A model generated the notes under the pieces. That model worked only from the letters and a program-made list of their open reading frames with translations, was not told where the DNA came from and searched no databases. A program made the translations under genes and the position numbers. Positions 25,715 through 25,716 of a DNA stretch of 25,716 nucleotides are shown here, piece by piece. Position 1 is the stretch's first letter. Every line of letters starts with the position of its first letter. Origin of the DNA: Elusimicrobiota bacterium (GTDB lineage: Bacteria > Elusimicrobiota > Elusimicrobia > F11); the NCBI GenBank assembly GCA_046153645.1, contig JBJXGI010000023.1:1-25716 (forward strand), read 5' to 3'.

Positions 25715-25716
25715 GG

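Noticed and set aside
1..25716. CRISPR arrays, tRNA/rRNA genes, integrases or transposases
   Set aside because: None was seen. Intergenic gaps are all under about 170 bp and lack regularly spaced repeats or tRNA signatures.

Overview
AT-rich bacterial chromosomal window made up mostly of housekeeping and stress genes. In order it contains: the end of a Zn/Mn-type ABC transporter; a yaeQ plus GGQ ribosome-rescue-factor pair; a RHH/RelE-ParE type II toxin-antitoxin (TA) locus; a ppa-malQ-GH57-cpdA carbon-storage run divergent from cstA; an AbiEi-like/nucleotidyltransferase (type IV-like) TA cassette with a symmetric four-half-site operator; a TolC plus RND pump with no adaptor gene; an NhaB/NhaD/SLC13-like ion transporter with an intrinsic terminator just before its RBS; dps; and a lipoprotein-ResB-CcsA module. 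It ends in the 3' part of a very large protein that runs off the window edge and joins the end of a WD40 repeat, many transmembrane helices, an embedded signal-peptidase-II (LspA)-like domain and a long soluble C-terminal region. The best leads are this giant fusion protein, the candidate attenuator/riboswitch upstream of the ion transporter, and GTCATTC...GAATGAC palindromic elements absorbed into the 3' ends of malQ and cstA. All calls come from reading motifs by eye; no database searches were run.
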